A stretch of DNA of 64,000 nucleotides from Neosynechococcus sphagnicola sy1 (GCF_000775285.1 NZ_JJML01000026.1:56151-120150), one strand, 5' to 3'; counted from the first letter of the stretch, positions 41,070 through 52,810 are shown. The notes: a model not told the origin generated them from the letters alone. A program made the numbers and translations.

Positions 41070-41315
41070 ACTGAAGCACAACAATTGCAACCACTTACTT
41101 TGAAGATGACAGATCCCCCATCACTCTGCCACTCTCTGGGGCAAATCACCGCAACTTTGCCCTCGGATATCTGGTCTTGTAGACTCAGAAATCTCGCCAG
41201 AGTTCCGGGCGATGGCCGGAGGCCGATCTAGCGACCGAGGAGTGACTCCGCCCATGACCATGGTGGAATCATGGTTTAATTCAGGTAGATCTGCCCTGGA
41301 ATTTAACCCATTTTT

Positions 41316-42005
41316 ATGCCGCTGCCGACCGTTATTCTCCCTGGATATTTTGCCGGTGCGGAAGCCTATCGTGGCCTGGAGCAGTTTTTCCAAGCCAAGG
41401 GATATCCAGTGGTCACAGTGCCACTGCGGCGGCAGGACTGGCTGCCGACGGTTGGTGGACGTTCCATGGCTCCAATTTTGCAGCCCCTCGATCGCACCAT
41501 CCAGCAGGTGCTGCAACAATACCAGGTATCCCAGGTGAACCTGGTGGGGCATTCGGCCGGGGGTTGGATTGCCCGGATTTATCTGGGGGCACAGCCCTAT
41601 TGGGGGCGTTCAGGGGGAGAACCCTGGGCGGCTCACCCTCAGATCAAGACCCTGGTGACCCTGGGCACTCCCCATCGCAGTCGGGAGCGTTGGACACTCA
41701 GGAATCTAGACTTTGTAAATACCCATTATCCGGGGGCATTCTACCCTAACGTTCGTTATGTCTGTGTCGCGGGGAAAGCTATCTATGGAGAACGCCGCTG
41801 GGGTGCCTGGATTGCTTACAGTAGCTATCAACTGACGGATGGACAGGGGAATGTCTGGGGGGATGGGATTATCCCGATTGCGGCTGCCCACTTAGAGGGA
41901 GCCGAGAATGTGGTGCTCGACCAAGTTCAACACTCCCCCAAACCAGGCAGTTTATGGTATGGATCTCCCGAGGTCTTGCCATCCTGGATATCATATTTAC
42001 AGTAG
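41316..42005 (+). CDS. alpha/beta-fold hydrolase (lipase/esterase-like; GHSAGG nucleophile elbow)
   Basis: 229 aa. GHSAGG motif. Typical alpha/beta hydrolase topology. Confidence 0.6.
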   Translation: MPLPTVILPGYFAGAEAYRGLEQFFQAKGYPVVTVPLRRQDWLPTVGGRSMAPILQPLDRTIQQVLQQYQVSQVNLVGHSAGGWIARIYLGAQPYWGRSGGEPWAAHPQIKTLVTLGTPHRSRERWTLRNLDFVNTHYPGAFYPNVRYVCVAGKAIYGERRWGAWIAYSSYQLTDGQGNVWGDGIIPIAAAHLEGAENVVLDQVQHSPKPGSLWYGSPEVLPSWISYLQ

Positions 42006-42204
42006 CAATCTCCATTGGTTTGCCGCTGTTCATTCCCCAGTTTGATCAAGAAGTTCCAGAAGATGATGGTTCCACCAGACTCTAAAAATCAGCAAATTTC
42101 AATGACGCCCCTCCTCACCTATCCCGGCTGAAGAGGATGCTGCAGCTCCACTCACCCTATCGCCTGGGGTGATCGTTATTAATTCGGAATTGGAATCTTT
42201 ATTT

Positions 42205-42924
42205 ATGGGAAAAATTTTAGTCATTGAAGATGAGGATGCCATTCGCTCCAATATCTTAGAAATGCTGGAGGATGAAGGCATGGAAGCCGTCGGAGCTGCC
42301 AATGGCCTCCTGGGTGTCCTGTGGGCACAAAATCATGTTCCTGACCTCGTGATTTGCGACATTATGATGCCGGAATTGGATGGGTATGGGGTGTTAACGG
42401 CGTTGAAAAGTAACCCGACAACCGAGTTAGTGTCCTTCATTTTCTTGACAGCAAAGGCAGAGAAAAGTGATACCCGTTATGGGATGAACCTGGGGGCAGA
42501 CGACTACCTAACCAAGCCCTTCACGAAAAAAGAATTACTGTCAGCCATCCATACCCAGCTGAAAAAACATGCAGCAGTGACAACCCGTGTGAATATGGAA
42601 CGTTATCGGGTTGAGGCCATTGAGCAGCGACTCCAAGAGCTGAATTTAGTCGCCAATGCGGAAGGAGATGTGTTGCGCGACTTCTTTGAACAACTCACCA
42701 ACCCCGTGACGCGCTGCAAACTCGCCATTTATATGTTGGAAAATGATGCTACCGGTGATGGCCGCAGACCGACTTTAGATCATCGCAGCGATCTCTACCT
42801 TGACATTCTCCAAACAGAATTTACCCAGAACCCCGAGTTGTTCCAACAGTGTATTAAATCCCCCCAGCTGCTGTCGCTGTCAACGCTGAAACTTCTGCGC
42901 CAGCATGGCTTAATTCCCAGCTAA
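42205..42924 (+). CDS. response regulator (CheY-like receiver) with uncharacterised ~120-aa C-terminal domain
   Basis: Receiver motifs (KILVIEDED...; DLVICDIMMPELDG; FLTAK). ORF 42169..42924, start at MGKIL. Confidence 0.75.
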   Translation: MGKILVIEDEDAIRSNILEMLEDEGMEAVGAANGLLGVLWAQNHVPDLVICDIMMPELDGYGVLTALKSNPTTELVSFIFLTAKAEKSDTRYGMNLGADDYLTKPFTKKELLSAIHTQLKKHAAVTTRVNMERYRVEAIEQRLQELNLVANAEGDVLRDFFEQLTNPVTRCKLAIYMLENDATGDGRRPTLDHRSDLYLDILQTEFTQNPELFQQCIKSPQLLSLSTLKLLRQHGLIPS

Positions 42925-42937
42925 ATGTTGTCAGCCC

Positions 42938-44953
42938 ATGGAGCAGCTAGACGCACCTCTGATCTTGATCGCGGATGACCAAAAGGTTATGCGCTATCAA
43001 CTCCGTGAGGTGATGGAACAGGCGGGATATCGCGTGCAAGAAGCCTGGGATGGGGGGCAGTGTCTGGAACTCTATAGCCAGAACCAGCCAGACATTGTGT
43101 TACTAGATGCCATCATGCCGGTGATGGATGGCTTCACCTGCTGTGCTCAACTTCAGCAACTCCCTGGGGCTCAATATTCTCCCGTACTGATGATTACGGC
43201 TCTGGAAGATCAAGAATCGGTGGATCGGGCCTTTGAAGTCGGAGCCACGGATTACATCACCAAACCCATTCACTGGGCAGTACTGTTGCAACGGGTAAGA
43301 CGCCTGATTCAACAGTCCCGACTCTATCGACAGCTAGAAGCCGCCAACCAAACCCTGGAGATTCGGGTTCAGGAACGCACAGCGGCTTTGCGGCAATCGA
43401 ATGAGCAACTCCAACGGGAAATTGCCCAACACAAACTAGCACGGGCTGCCTTGCAACTGACCACAGAGCGGCTCCAGGCGGTCATTGATGCTGTGCCGGG
43501 ACTGGTGTCTTGGATCAGTTCTGATCTTCAGTACCTTGGGGTGAATCGCTACTTGGCCCAGGCCTTTAACCATACCCCTGAGGCTTTTGTTGGTAAGTCT
43601 GTTGGCTTTCTAGATGGCGAAACAGAGCTACAAAAATCTGATTTTAATACCTTTGTCCATGAGTTTTTTGCCAGTGAGGTGATTACGGCGACTCGAGAAC
43701 TGATCGTTGAGATTGAGGCTGTCCCCCAAAACTATTTGGTCATTGCCCAAGCCTATCAACAGGGACAGGCGGCGGTGTTTGTGGGCATTGACATCACTGC
43801 TCAGAAACGAGGTGAGGCCGCTCTTCAAGAAAGTGAGCAGTTGTTCCGTTCCTTAAGCGCCTGTTCCCCCGTGGGCATTTTTCTGGCAGATACGACGGGG
43901 CACTGTACCTACACCAACCCCTGCTTCCAGACAATCGCGGGCTTTACCTTTGAAGAAGCTTTGGGAGAGGGGTGGTTAGAATTTGTCCATCCCAGTGATC
44001 GCCCCCTGGTGGTCAACGAATGGCAAGCCTATACCCAGGAAGCCAGGGAATTCTCCATTGAGTTTCGGTTTCAGCCCCCCGTGGGCTTGGGGCGTTGGGT
44101 AGCTGCCCGCACCTCTCCCATGTTCACAGACAACGGCAAACTGCTGGGTCATGTAGGAACGGTGGAAGATATTACCGAAAGCAAGCAGGCCGCCGAAGAT
44201 ATTCGCAAGGCATTGGAAAAAGAAAAGGAACTGGGGGAGCTGAAGTCCCGCTTCATTACCATGGTTTCCCATGAACTGCGGACACCCTTGACCACCATCC
44301 AATCTTCTACAGAACTGCTGGCGGATGCTGGTTATAAGTGGTCTGAAGAACGGCAGAAGCGTCATTTTCAGCAAATTTACACCGCCATTCATCGCATGAC
44401 CAGCTTGCTGGGGAATGTTCTAGCCATTAGCAAGGCCGAAGCTGGAAAGTTAGAATATCGACCTACGCTCCTCGATCTGTCCCGATTTTGTCTCGATTTA
44501 GTCGAGGAGGTGAAGCAAATTGCCGATAGTAGTCACAACATCCTGTTCTTTCAGGACGGCAACTGCGGGTCAGCTTCGATGGATCAGACTCTGTTGCGTC
44601 ATATCCTCACCAACTTATTGCTAAATGCCATCAAGTACTCCCCCAACAGCCCCACGGTTTGGTTTAAGCTCACCTGTCAGTCCCAGGAAGCCATATTTCA
44701 AATTCAAGATCAAGGTATTGGCATTCCCGAGGAGGACTTGCGACAGTTGTTTGCCTCCTTTCATCGAGCTCGCAATGTGGGAAATATCCCCGGCACGGGT
44801 TTGGGACTCGCCATTGTCAAAAACTGTGTGCAACTCCATGGGGGCAAAATTGCGATCGCCAGCAAAGTCGGTAAAGGCACCCGATTTACCATTACCCTGC
44901 CCCTCCAGAGCCTCGTTGAACCCCTCACTCGTGAGGTTCTCAATCCCCAATAG
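42938..44953 (+). CDS. hybrid sensor histidine kinase: N-terminal receiver, coiled coil, two PAS-like regions, HisKA, HATPase_c
   Basis: 671 aa. Receiver (LILIADDQ..DAIMPVMDG). H-box (MVSHELRTPLT). N, G1 and G2 boxes (LLLNAIKYS; DQGIGIP; GTGLGLAIV). Confidence 0.85.
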   Translation: MEQLDAPLILIADDQKVMRYQLREVMEQAGYRVQEAWDGGQCLELYSQNQPDIVLLDAIMPVMDGFTCCAQLQQLPGAQYSPVLMITALEDQESVDRAFEVGATDYITKPIHWAVLLQRVRRLIQQSRLYRQLEAANQTLEIRVQERTAALRQSNEQLQREIAQHKLARAALQLTTERLQAVIDAVPGLVSWISSDLQYLGVNRYLAQAFNHTPEAFVGKSVGFLDGETELQKSDFNTFVHEFFASEVITATRELIVEIEAVPQNYLVIAQAYQQGQAAVFVGIDITAQKRGEAALQESEQLFRSLSACSPVGIFLADTTGHCTYTNPCFQTIAGFTFEEALGEGWLEFVHPSDRPLVVNEWQAYTQEAREFSIEFRFQPPVGLGRWVAARTSPMFTDNGKLLGHVGTVEDITESKQAAEDIRKALEKEKELGELKSRFITMVSHELRTPLTTIQSSTELLADAGYKWSEERQKRHFQQIYTAIHRMTSLLGNVLAISKAEAGKLEYRPTLLDLSRFCLDLVEEVKQIADSSHNILFFQDGNCGSASMDQTLLRHILTNLLLNAIKYSPNSPTVWFKLTCQSQEAIFQIQDQGIGIPEEDLRQLFASFHRARNVGNIPGTGLGLAIVKNCVQLHGGKIAIASKVGKGTRFTITLPLQSLVEPLTREVLNPQ

Positions 44954-44980
44954 CCCTGACAGTGAAGCTGCAACCTGACC

Positions 44981-46456
44981 TCACTGGTGGCGGATGCGAT
45001 CGTAAATTGCCACATAGCTCTCACCCGGATGATTCCAGGAATAGTCGTAATCCATGCCCTGGGTAACCAGTTGGGCAAAGGCTTGGGGATGGTGTTGCCA
45101 CAGTTCCAGGGCGCGATCGATCGCGGATTCGATGGCAGTGTGATCCGTCTGGAAGAAAACATAGCCATTGCGTGCGTCTGGGGGATGAGACTCGTCGTAG
45201 TCGCGATCGAAGACCGTATTCACCAACCCGCCCACACCCCGCACAATTGGAACCGTGCCATACTTCAAGCCAATCATCTGGGTCAATCCACAGGGCTCGT
45301 AGTGGCTGGGAACGACAATCATATCGGCACCCGCATAAATCAGGTGGGAGAGTTCTTCGTTAAAGCCCAGTTCTAAATGCACATCTGGATGGTTGTTCAA
45401 ATGCTGTTTCTCATGCCAGAACCAGGAATGAATTCCCGGTTCTGTTGCTGCCCCCAGCAAGACAAACTGAGCCCCCTGTTGCAGGGCATAGTAAATGCCA
45501 TGGTGAACCAGATGCACCCCTTTTTGCTGGTCGAGACGACCAATGTAACAGATGATGGGTTTGTCAGTATCTTGCAACAGCAACCGTTGCCGCAGCGCCT
45601 GTTTATTTTTCACCTTGCCTTCCCGATTTTCTGCGGTGTAAGGGTGAGGAATGTAGCGATCAATTTCGGGATTCCAAATATCGTAGTCAATGCCGTTTAA
45701 GACACCGGAAAATTTATGTTGATGCAAGTGGAGCGTATGCCCCAATCCACAGCCCATATCTGTGTAGTGAGCTTCCCAGGCATGATTGGGAGAAACCGTC
45801 GTCACGTAGTTTGAGAACACAATTCCCCCCTTCATGTAGTTCAAAGCAAAGGGATTAAAATTGTCTTTGAGCCGTTCGTCCTGAAAATAATAGGTCGCAT
45901 TATTCAGTCCCGTAGCCTGGAGGATGTCAGCCCCGGCGATTCCCTGATGTTTGAAGTTGTGGATGGTATAACAGACACGCTGATGTTCCATCCCATGGTA
46001 CTTATACATCTCAAAAAGCATGACGGGAATTAGTCCCGTTTGCCAATCATGGCAATGGATCACATCTGGGCGTTTGTTACTTTTTAATAAAAACTCCAGC
46101 GCTGCTTTACTAAAGAAAGCAAATCGCATCGGGTCATCTGAGCACCCGTAATAGCAGCCGCGATTAAAGAAATAATCATCCGAGTTAGGCTCAATAAAGA
46201 AGCACAGCCGCCCATGAACCCAACCACAATCGACCTGACAACGAATTGCCCCGTCATACCAGGGAACTAACAAGTCACGGTAGGCATCATGGAGTCCCCA
46301 AATGTGGTCATACCGCATACAGTCGTACTTGGGCAGAATCAGCTCAACGGTATGACCGCGATTCTCTAACTCCCGACTGAGTCCATAAACCACATCACCC
46401 AAGCCTCCAGCTTTGATGACAGGGGCACACTCAGAGGCAACCTGTACGATGTACAT
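44981..46456 (-). CDS. glgA: glycogen (starch) synthase
   Basis: 491 aa. MYIVQVASECAPVIKAGGLGDVVYGLSREL, the ADP-glucose binding KxGGL motif. GT5 family core. Confidence 0.9.
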   Translation of the reverse strand: MYIVQVASECAPVIKAGGLGDVVYGLSRELENRGHTVELILPKYDCMRYDHIWGLHDAYRDLLVPWYDGAIRCQVDCGWVHGRLCFFIEPNSDDYFFNRGCYYGCSDDPMRFAFFSKAALEFLLKSNKRPDVIHCHDWQTGLIPVMLFEMYKYHGMEHQRVCYTIHNFKHQGIAGADILQATGLNNATYYFQDERLKDNFNPFALNYMKGGIVFSNYVTTVSPNHAWEAHYTDMGCGLGHTLHLHQHKFSGVLNGIDYDIWNPEIDRYIPHPYTAENREGKVKNKQALRQRLLLQDTDKPIICYIGRLDQQKGVHLVHHGIYYALQQGAQFVLLGAATEPGIHSWFWHEKQHLNNHPDVHLELGFNEELSHLIYAGADMIVVPSHYEPCGLTQMIGLKYGTVPIVRGVGGLVNTVFDRDYDESHPPDARNGYVFFQTDHTAIESAIDRALELWQHHPQAFAQLVTQGMDYDYSWNHPGESYVAIYDRIRHQ

Positions 46457-46741
46457 CCCTACTCCTTACTGAAATGTCAACAGATCAACTGAACTTCACA
46501 AAAGTATATATTTTTTGGGTAAAGAATGTGGACGAATTGCTCCTATGGAACCAGCCCGGAGAAACCGCAATGACTGGAGAGGGTTCTAGCGACCGAGGAG
46601 CAGCTATACCAATGACTATCACCAAGTTAGCCCTAGGATTCAACCTACATCCCTGGGTCAGGGTTGTCGAATATGATCAACCATGAATTCGCTAAGCATG
46701 GGGTGAAACAAGAACCCATTGGCACTCACTGAGGAAAATCG

Positions 46742-48239
46742 ATGTCTGCACAACTAAGGTCTCCTGGTTTATCGAATTTAGAGGCAATGAATTCCGGTTT
46801 ACCCAATATTTGTGGGCAGGAAGCGGCAATCAGTGCCGTCGTGAATCATCCTGATCCGGTATTTTTATCCACGACAAATCTCCGCCAGGAAGATATCACC
46901 GCAGGATTTGCCTGTGCGTTGCACATGCATCAGCCCACCATTCCGGGAGGCACCCAGGGTGCCTTAATCAGCAACCTTCAGTACATGTTTGAGCACCCAG
47001 GGGAGGGTGATAACCATAATGCCAGTGTGTTTGCCTGGTGTTACTCCCGCATGGGGGACTTGATTCCAGAATTAGTCTCCCAGGGATGTAATCCCCGCAT
47101 CATGCTTGACTACTCGGGCAATCTCCTGTGGGGACTGCAGCAAATGGGTCGCCATGACATCCTCACCCGTCTGAAACGCATCACCTGTGAGTCCCAATAT
47201 CAGCCCTATGTGGAATGGCTGGGAACCATGTGGAGTCATGCGGTGGTTCCCTCCACCCCGATTCCTGATATCAAGCTGCACATTCAAGCTTGGCAACAGT
47301 CCTTCGCTGCGATTTTTGGGGAGGCAGCTCTGAAGCGGGTGAAGGGCTTTTCCCCCCCGGAAATGCATTTGCCCAATCACCCAGACACGCTGTATGAGTA
47401 CATCAAAGCCTTGAGAGATTGCGGCTATCGCTGGCTGATGGTTCAAGAGCATTCCGTTGAAAATCTAGATGGGTCAGGATTACGGCAGCAACAGAAATAT
47501 ATTCCCCATCGCCTGGTAGCTCGGAATTCCCAGGGTGATAGCGTCTGGATCACGGCGCTGATTAAAACCCCAGGGGTCGGATACCAAGTTAGTAGCTCAG
47601 ATGCAACCTTACTTTGAAGCCAAAGGATGGGGCAGACAGACCCTAGGCGATCGCACCATTCCCTCCCTGGTGACTCAAATTGCCGATGGGGAAAACGGTG
47701 GGGTGATGATGAATGAATTTCCCCGCGACTTTCCCAGAATTTGGCAGGAGATTCGCCAACAGGGTGACGGGCGCTCCGGTGTCGTGGGTTTGAATGGCAC
47801 GGAGTACTTAGAAATGATCACAGCAGCGGGCGTCAGTCCCGAAGATTACCCAACCTGTCAGGCGGTACAGCAACACCAGATTTGGCAGCGCGTCAACCCG
47901 GAAGAGGCCACCTCCGCAGCGGTGGAGCAGGCAATCCAGGATCTGAAGCAAACCGATCACCGCTTCCACATGGATGGGGCATCCTGGACTAACAACCTCA
48001 GTTGGGTGGCCGGCTACGAAAACGTTCTCGAGCCGATGAATCAACTCAGTGCGGCCTTCCATCAGAAATACGATCCACTGGTGCAATCTGACCCCAATGT
48101 TACCCAGCGGCCTGACTATCAGGAAGCCCTGTTATATAACCTGTTGCTACAAACCAGTTGTTTTCGTTACTGGGGTCAGGGTGCTTGGACGGAGTATGCC
48201 CGTGAGATCTATCGTCGCGGAGCCGCCTTATTGACTTGA
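46742..48239 (+). CDS. glycoside hydrolase family 57 protein; split by a frameshift near 47560-47640
   Basis: ORF 46742..47617 carries the GH57 hallmark (ALHMHQPTIP). ORF 47601..48239 (+1 frame) is colinear with the GH57 C-terminal half. The combined length of ~500 aa fits cyanobacterial GH57 enzymes. I could not pin the exact indel site (candidates are the A4, C4 and G4 runs at 47563-47576). Confidence 0.65.
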
Positions 48240-48280
48240 GGATCGGTGCCGTCAGGTTGGTCGTCGATAACTAGGCTCGA

Positions 48281-48505
48281 TCAGGACAGCGAAGCGATCG
48301 CTGTGAACTTGGATGATCCAGCGAAGGATGGTTGGAGCTGTTGCACTTTGCGGCTGAGTAATGCCTCCACTAGCTGCTGGAGCGCCTCCAGATCAGCTGG
48401 GTCAGTTTGCTGCGACCACATGAGGTCATTCAGTTGCTGTTCTTGGGGGAAGGTGAGGACTCGACTTTCCAATACGGTCTCAATCAAAGTTTGAAGCTTC
48501 ATCAT
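48281..48505 (-). CDS. small hypothetical protein (74 aa)
   Basis: Protein-like composition (MMKLQTLIETVLESRVLTFPQEQQLNDLMWSQQTDPADLEALQQLVEALL...). No domain assignment. Confidence 0.35.
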   Translation of the reverse strand: MMKLQTLIETVLESRVLTFPQEQQLNDLMWSQQTDPADLEALQQLVEALLSRKVQQLQPSFAGSSKFTAIASLS

Positions 48506-48730
48506 GGCTCTCCATCACGGTCAATTCAGCTGCTCCTAGTTTGCGGGAATCAGCATCAGGCTGAATTCGCAGCTTCACGGATTTTTGCGGGGTCGGGTGC
48601 CGATCCCGTGGCGGACAACCCCATTCCTTCGGGGTTCTGCGGAGAGCTTTCTTCATGTTTTGCAACAATTGCACCTCTGGTACTATAGTCAGACGAGCCC
48701 CTTCAGCGTCATGCAATTTCTATCCCTGGT

Positions 48731-49471
48731 ATGTCTACACCCGAGAAGCTGTACGAAGGTAAGGCAAAAATCCTCTATAAAACTGAGGATCCAGACATCC
48801 TATTAACCGTTTTCAAGGACGATGCCACGGCCTTTAATGCCCAAAAGCGGGGCAGTATTTCTGGGAAGGGGGAGATGAACTGCGCGATTTCGAGTTATCT
48901 ATTCCAGGAGTTAGCGGCTAGTGGCATTCCCAATCACTTTATTGATCGGCCCACGGCAACTGAAATGCGGGTACAGGCTCTGAAGATCGTGCCCTTAGAG
49001 GTGGTCGTGCGCAACATTGCTGCGGGGAGCCTGTGTCAGCAAACGGGGCTGACCTTGGGCACGATTTTGCCCTATCCCCTCGTCGAGTTCTATTACAAAA
49101 ATGATGCCCTAGGAGATCCCCTGCTCACCCGCGATCGCCTACTGCTGCTGGAATTGGCTACACCGGATCAGATCGAACAATTGCAGCATCTGGCACTGCG
49201 AGTCAACGAGATGCTCTCAGCATTTTTTCAAAGATGTGCTATTAACCTAGTGGACTTCAAATTAGAGTTTGGCCTCGATCGCCAACAAAATCTCATCTTG
49301 GCGGACGAAATCAGTCCCGATACTTGCCGTCTCTGGGATCAAACGGTGAATGACCCCAATCGTCGCATCTTGGACAAAGATCGATTTCGTCAGGATTTAG
49401 GTGAAGTGGCGGCTGCTTACCAACTCGTTTTAGAGCGGGTATTGACCCAGGTCACCACCCAGGGTGTCTAA
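48731..49471 (+). CDS. purC: phosphoribosylaminoimidazole-succinocarboxamide synthase (SAICAR synthetase)
   Basis: LYEGKAKILY...LEVVVRN.AAGS.. These are PurC signature blocks. Confidence 0.95.
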   Translation: MSTPEKLYEGKAKILYKTEDPDILLTVFKDDATAFNAQKRGSISGKGEMNCAISSYLFQELAASGIPNHFIDRPTATEMRVQALKIVPLEVVVRNIAAGSLCQQTGLTLGTILPYPLVEFYYKNDALGDPLLTRDRLLLLELATPDQIEQLQHLALRVNEMLSAFFQRCAINLVDFKLEFGLDRQQNLILADEISPDTCRLWDQTVNDPNRRILDKDRFRQDLGEVAAAYQLVLERVLTQVTTQGV

Positions 49472-49696
49472 GCAAAATAGAGGGCTTGACCCTTTCCGTA
49501 GTCCCAGGTTGGCAGCAGCTGTCTCGGCGCTGACCAACGTTATGACTCCTAAACGGTCTTTTCAGGCAACCTGCCAATCTGACAGAGCCGCGATGCGGTA
49601 GAATTTCACCATTTGCTTTGCCCTGCTGGCCGATGGATTTTATGGACCTGTCCAAACACAGGATGTGGTGTGGAAGTGCTTATTAAATCGAACAAA

Positions 49697-51904
49697 ATGC
49701 GCCTATCTCCCGTATTGGTGGCAGCCGTTGCGACAACGGCAACCCTTTGCGCTGCCAGCCCCACCCGAGGACAGGCTTTAGATGCCCGACTGCTCGAGAC
49801 GGAAGCCCTGGTAGCTTCCCAGGTCAACGAGCCGCATCCTTCAGTGGGGGAAGGATACCCTCAGGCTGCACCCATCCCTGACACGGTGCTAGCACAGCAA
49901 CCAGCCTCGGCTCCCCCTAGCCCCGCTGCCGATGGGCCTCCACCAGAACAACCCGCTGCCCCAGGAACGCCGTCCCAGATACAGCAGGCTCCCGATCAGT
50001 TTCGGTTCAACTTCACCCCCCAGAACACATCTCCAAATCCTATCCAGGTTGATCTCACTCCCCCCCAACCGGCACAACCAACGGTGCCGTCTCCCATTCA
50101 GACTCAACCCGCTGCAACCGATGAGTCAGAACCCCGGGTTTTGGTTTCAGAGGTGTTCGTTGAGGGGGTCGATGGCACCCTCCAAGATGCGGTTTATGGA
50201 GCCATCCGTACCCAGCCAGGGAGAACTGCAACCCGCTCCCAACTGCAAGCGGATGTGAATGCAATTTTTGCCACAGGTTTTTTCGCCACTGTCCGGGTTG
50301 ACCCCTCGGATACGCCCCTGGGAGTGCGCGTTACCTTTGTGGTTCAACCTAATCCGGTGTTGACGAAGGTACAGGCCACTGGCATTAAGGTGCTGCCACC
50401 CGCTGTAGTTGAGAAAATCTTCAGCCCCCAGTATGGCTCGACGTTAAGCTTCCGCAAGTTGCAGGACGGCATCAAAGAGCTGAATAAGTGGTATCAGGAT
50501 AACGGCTATGTGCTCGCCCAGGTTGTCGGTTCTCCCAAGGTGGCAGATGACGGCACCGTCACCCTGGAAGTTGCCGAGGGTCAGATTGAGGAAATTAAGA
50601 TTCGCTATGTCAGCAAAGAGGGCGAAGAAGTCGATGCCAAGGGGCGGCCAATTCGCGGTCGGACTCGCCCCTATGTGATCACCCGTGAGTTACAGCTGAA
50701 ACCGGGAGATGTCTTTAACCGTAATACCATTCAAACCGATCTACAGCGGGTGTTTGGTTTGGGAATTTTTGAGGATGTGAAGGTTGCCCTCAATCCCGGT
50801 AAGGATCCTCGTCAAGTTGTGGTGGTCTTGAATGTGGCCGAGAAAAATAGCGGCTCCATCGCCGCTGGTGCTGGGTTCAGTTCTGCCAGTGGTTTGTTTG
50901 GAACCCTTAGCTATCAGCAGCAAAATTTCCGGGGCCGCAACCAGAAAATTGGGGCAGAGTTGGTTTTGGGTACGCGAGAATTATTATTTGATTTGAGCTT
51001 CACCGATCCCTGGATCAAGGGTGACCCCTACCGCACCTCCTTCACGACGAATATTTTCCGACGGCAGTCCATTTCTTTGGTGTTTGACGGCGATGATACG
51101 ACGATTCGATTACCCAATGGGGATGAACCACGGGTACAACGGGTGGGGGGGGGCTTTAGTTTTTCCCGTCCCTTGGCAAAAAATCCGTTTGTGAAAGCGA
51201 ATTGGGTGGCCTCCCTGGGCATGATCTACCAACACGTAACGATTCGGGATGCCGATGGGGTTCTCAGTCCCCGCGCCAATACCGGGGAACTCTTGAGTTT
51301 TAGTAACTCCGGGGTGGATGACCTGACCACGATTGTCTTTGGTCTCACCCGCGATCGCCGGAATGATCCGCTCCTGCCCACTAAGGGTTCCCTGCTGCGC
51401 ATGGGTATGGAGCAGTCGATTCCCGTTGGTTCCGGCAGCATTCTGTTTAACCGTGTCCGCGCCAGCTATACCTACTTTATTCCAGTGCGTTTTGTCAGCT
51501 TCAGACCCGGCCCCCAGTCTTTGGCCTTTAACTTCCAAACCGGCGGGGTTTTTGGGGATCTCCCCCCCTATGAAGCCTTTGCCTTGGGAGGGAGTAACTC
51601 CGTCCGGGGATATGCCGATGGGGAACTGGGCAGTGGTCGGTATTTTGTTCAGGGTACGGCTGAATATCGCTTCCCATTGTTTTCGATTCTCAGTGGTGCG
51701 TTGTTCTTTGATGCAGCCAGTGACCTAGGCTCTGGCAGTTCTGTGCCGGGGGATCCATCCGGTGCGCGGGGTTTGCCGGGTAGTGGCTTTGGCGGAGGTC
51801 TAGGGGTTCGTATTAATTCACCCATTGGCCCCATCCGCGTTGACTATGGTATTAACAACGAGGGGGATGGTCGCTTTTCCTTCGGGATTGGACAGCGGTT
51901 CTAA
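49697..51904 (+). CDS. bamA: Omp85/BamA-family outer membrane protein assembly factor (Pro-rich N-terminus, POTRA domains, C-terminal beta-barrel)
   Basis: ORF 49613..51904. Probable start at [22 protein letters not shown], a signal peptide. POTRA-like repeats. Bacterial surface antigen barrel with a terminal aromatic residue (..GIGQRF*). Confidence 0.85.
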   Translation: MRLSPVLVAAVATTATLCAASPTRGQALDARLLETEALVASQVNEPHPSVGEGYPQAAPIPDTVLAQQPASAPPSPAADGPPPEQPAAPGTPSQIQQAPDQFRFNFTPQNTSPNPIQVDLTPPQPAQPTVPSPIQTQPAATDESEPRVLVSEVFVEGVDGTLQDAVYGAIRTQPGRTATRSQLQADVNAIFATGFFATVRVDPSDTPLGVRVTFVVQPNPVLTKVQATGIKVLPPAVVEKIFSPQYGSTLSFRKLQDGIKELNKWYQDNGYVLAQVVGSPKVADDGTVTLEVAEGQIEEIKIRYVSKEGEEVDAKGRPIRGRTRPYVITRELQLKPGDVFNRNTIQTDLQRVFGLGIFEDVKVALNPGKDPRQVVVVLNVAEKNSGSIAAGAGFSSASGLFGTLSYQQQNFRGRNQKIGAELVLGTRELLFDLSFTDPWIKGDPYRTSFTTNIFRRQSISLVFDGDDTTIRLPNGDEPRVQRVGGGFSFSRPLAKNPFVKANWVASLGMIYQHVTIRDADGVLSPRANTGELLSFSNSGVDDLTTIVFGLTRDRRNDPLLPTKGSLLRMGMEQSIPVGSGSILFNRVRASYTYFIPVRFVSFRPGPQSLAFNFQTGGVFGDLPPYEAFALGGSNSVRGYADGELGSGRYFVQGTAEYRFPLFSILSGALFFDAASDLGSGSSVPGDPSGARGLPGSGFGGGLGVRINSPIGPIRVDYGINNEGDGRFSFGIGQRF

Positions 51905-51954
51905 TGCAATCAGCAGCAGACTCCCAGCACCTGCAATCGCCTGGGGAACTTAGA

Positions 51955-52810
51955 ATGCCAGTGGGAATCCGGTCGCAAGTCCAGCACACACTCCGGGCCG
52001 TAGTCGAACAGGTTGGGATTGGTCTCCATACCGGCCAAACGACCCAGGTGCAAATTTGTCCGGCAGCGATTGATCGGGGTCGGGAGTTTGTGCGAGTTGA
52101 TCTACCGACTGCGCCGACGATTCCAGCAGCGATTGGGCAGGTGTATCCAACGGCGCTTTCCACGGAGTTGGCGGTCGGCGAGGCCAGAATCCGTACCGTG
52201 GAGCATTTATTGGCCGCGTTGCTGGGGTTGGGGGTGGACAATGTTCAAATTCGGGTGGATGGCCCCGAAATCCCGCTATTGGATGGCTCGGCTCAGGGTT
52301 GGGTGCAGGCGATCGCCGCCGTGGGCTTGCAATCTCAAGCCGTGCCTCGCTCCTGGGCTGTCCTAAGGCAACCCCTGTGGGTGCAGCAGGGAGATGCCTT
52401 TGTGGCTGCCCTTCCGGCTGGGGAGCATCGCTTTACCTATGGTATTGACTTTGAACTGCCCGCTATTGGCAATCAATGGCACAGTTGGTCCCCCACGGAA
52501 ACCGCAGCTAGCTTTACAGAAGCGATCGCCCCAGCGCGTACCTTTGGGTTAGCCCATCAAATTGAGTACCTGCGAAGCCAGGGCTTGATTCAGGGCGGCA
52601 GTCTGGAAAATGCCCTTGTGTGTGGGCCAGAGGGATGGCTCAACCCCCCCCGTGCGATTTTTGAATGAGCCGGTGCGCCATAAACTTCTAGACTTATTAG
52701 GAGATCTCAGTTTATTGGGGACACTGCCCCAGGCTCACTATCTAGCCTATAAGGCCAGCCATGCCTTGCATTTGCAGTTGGCGCAATCCCTGGTCTCTCA
52801 GATGTCCTGA
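51955..52810 (+). CDS. lpxC: UDP-3-O-acyl-N-acetylglucosamine deacetylase; split by a 1-nt insertion in a C8 run (52644-52651)
   Basis: ..[26 protein letters not shown].. then EGWLNPP| followed by [35 protein letters not shown] in the next frame. Reading the run as C7 restores full-length LpxC. Confidence 0.9.

Noticed and set aside
49613-49696. Upstream alternative start for bamA (MLCPAGRWILWTCPNTGCGVEVLIKSNK...)
   Set aside because: The extension is Cys/Trp-rich and not signal-peptide-like. The internal Met at 49697 begins a canonical signal peptide ([22 protein letters not shown]).
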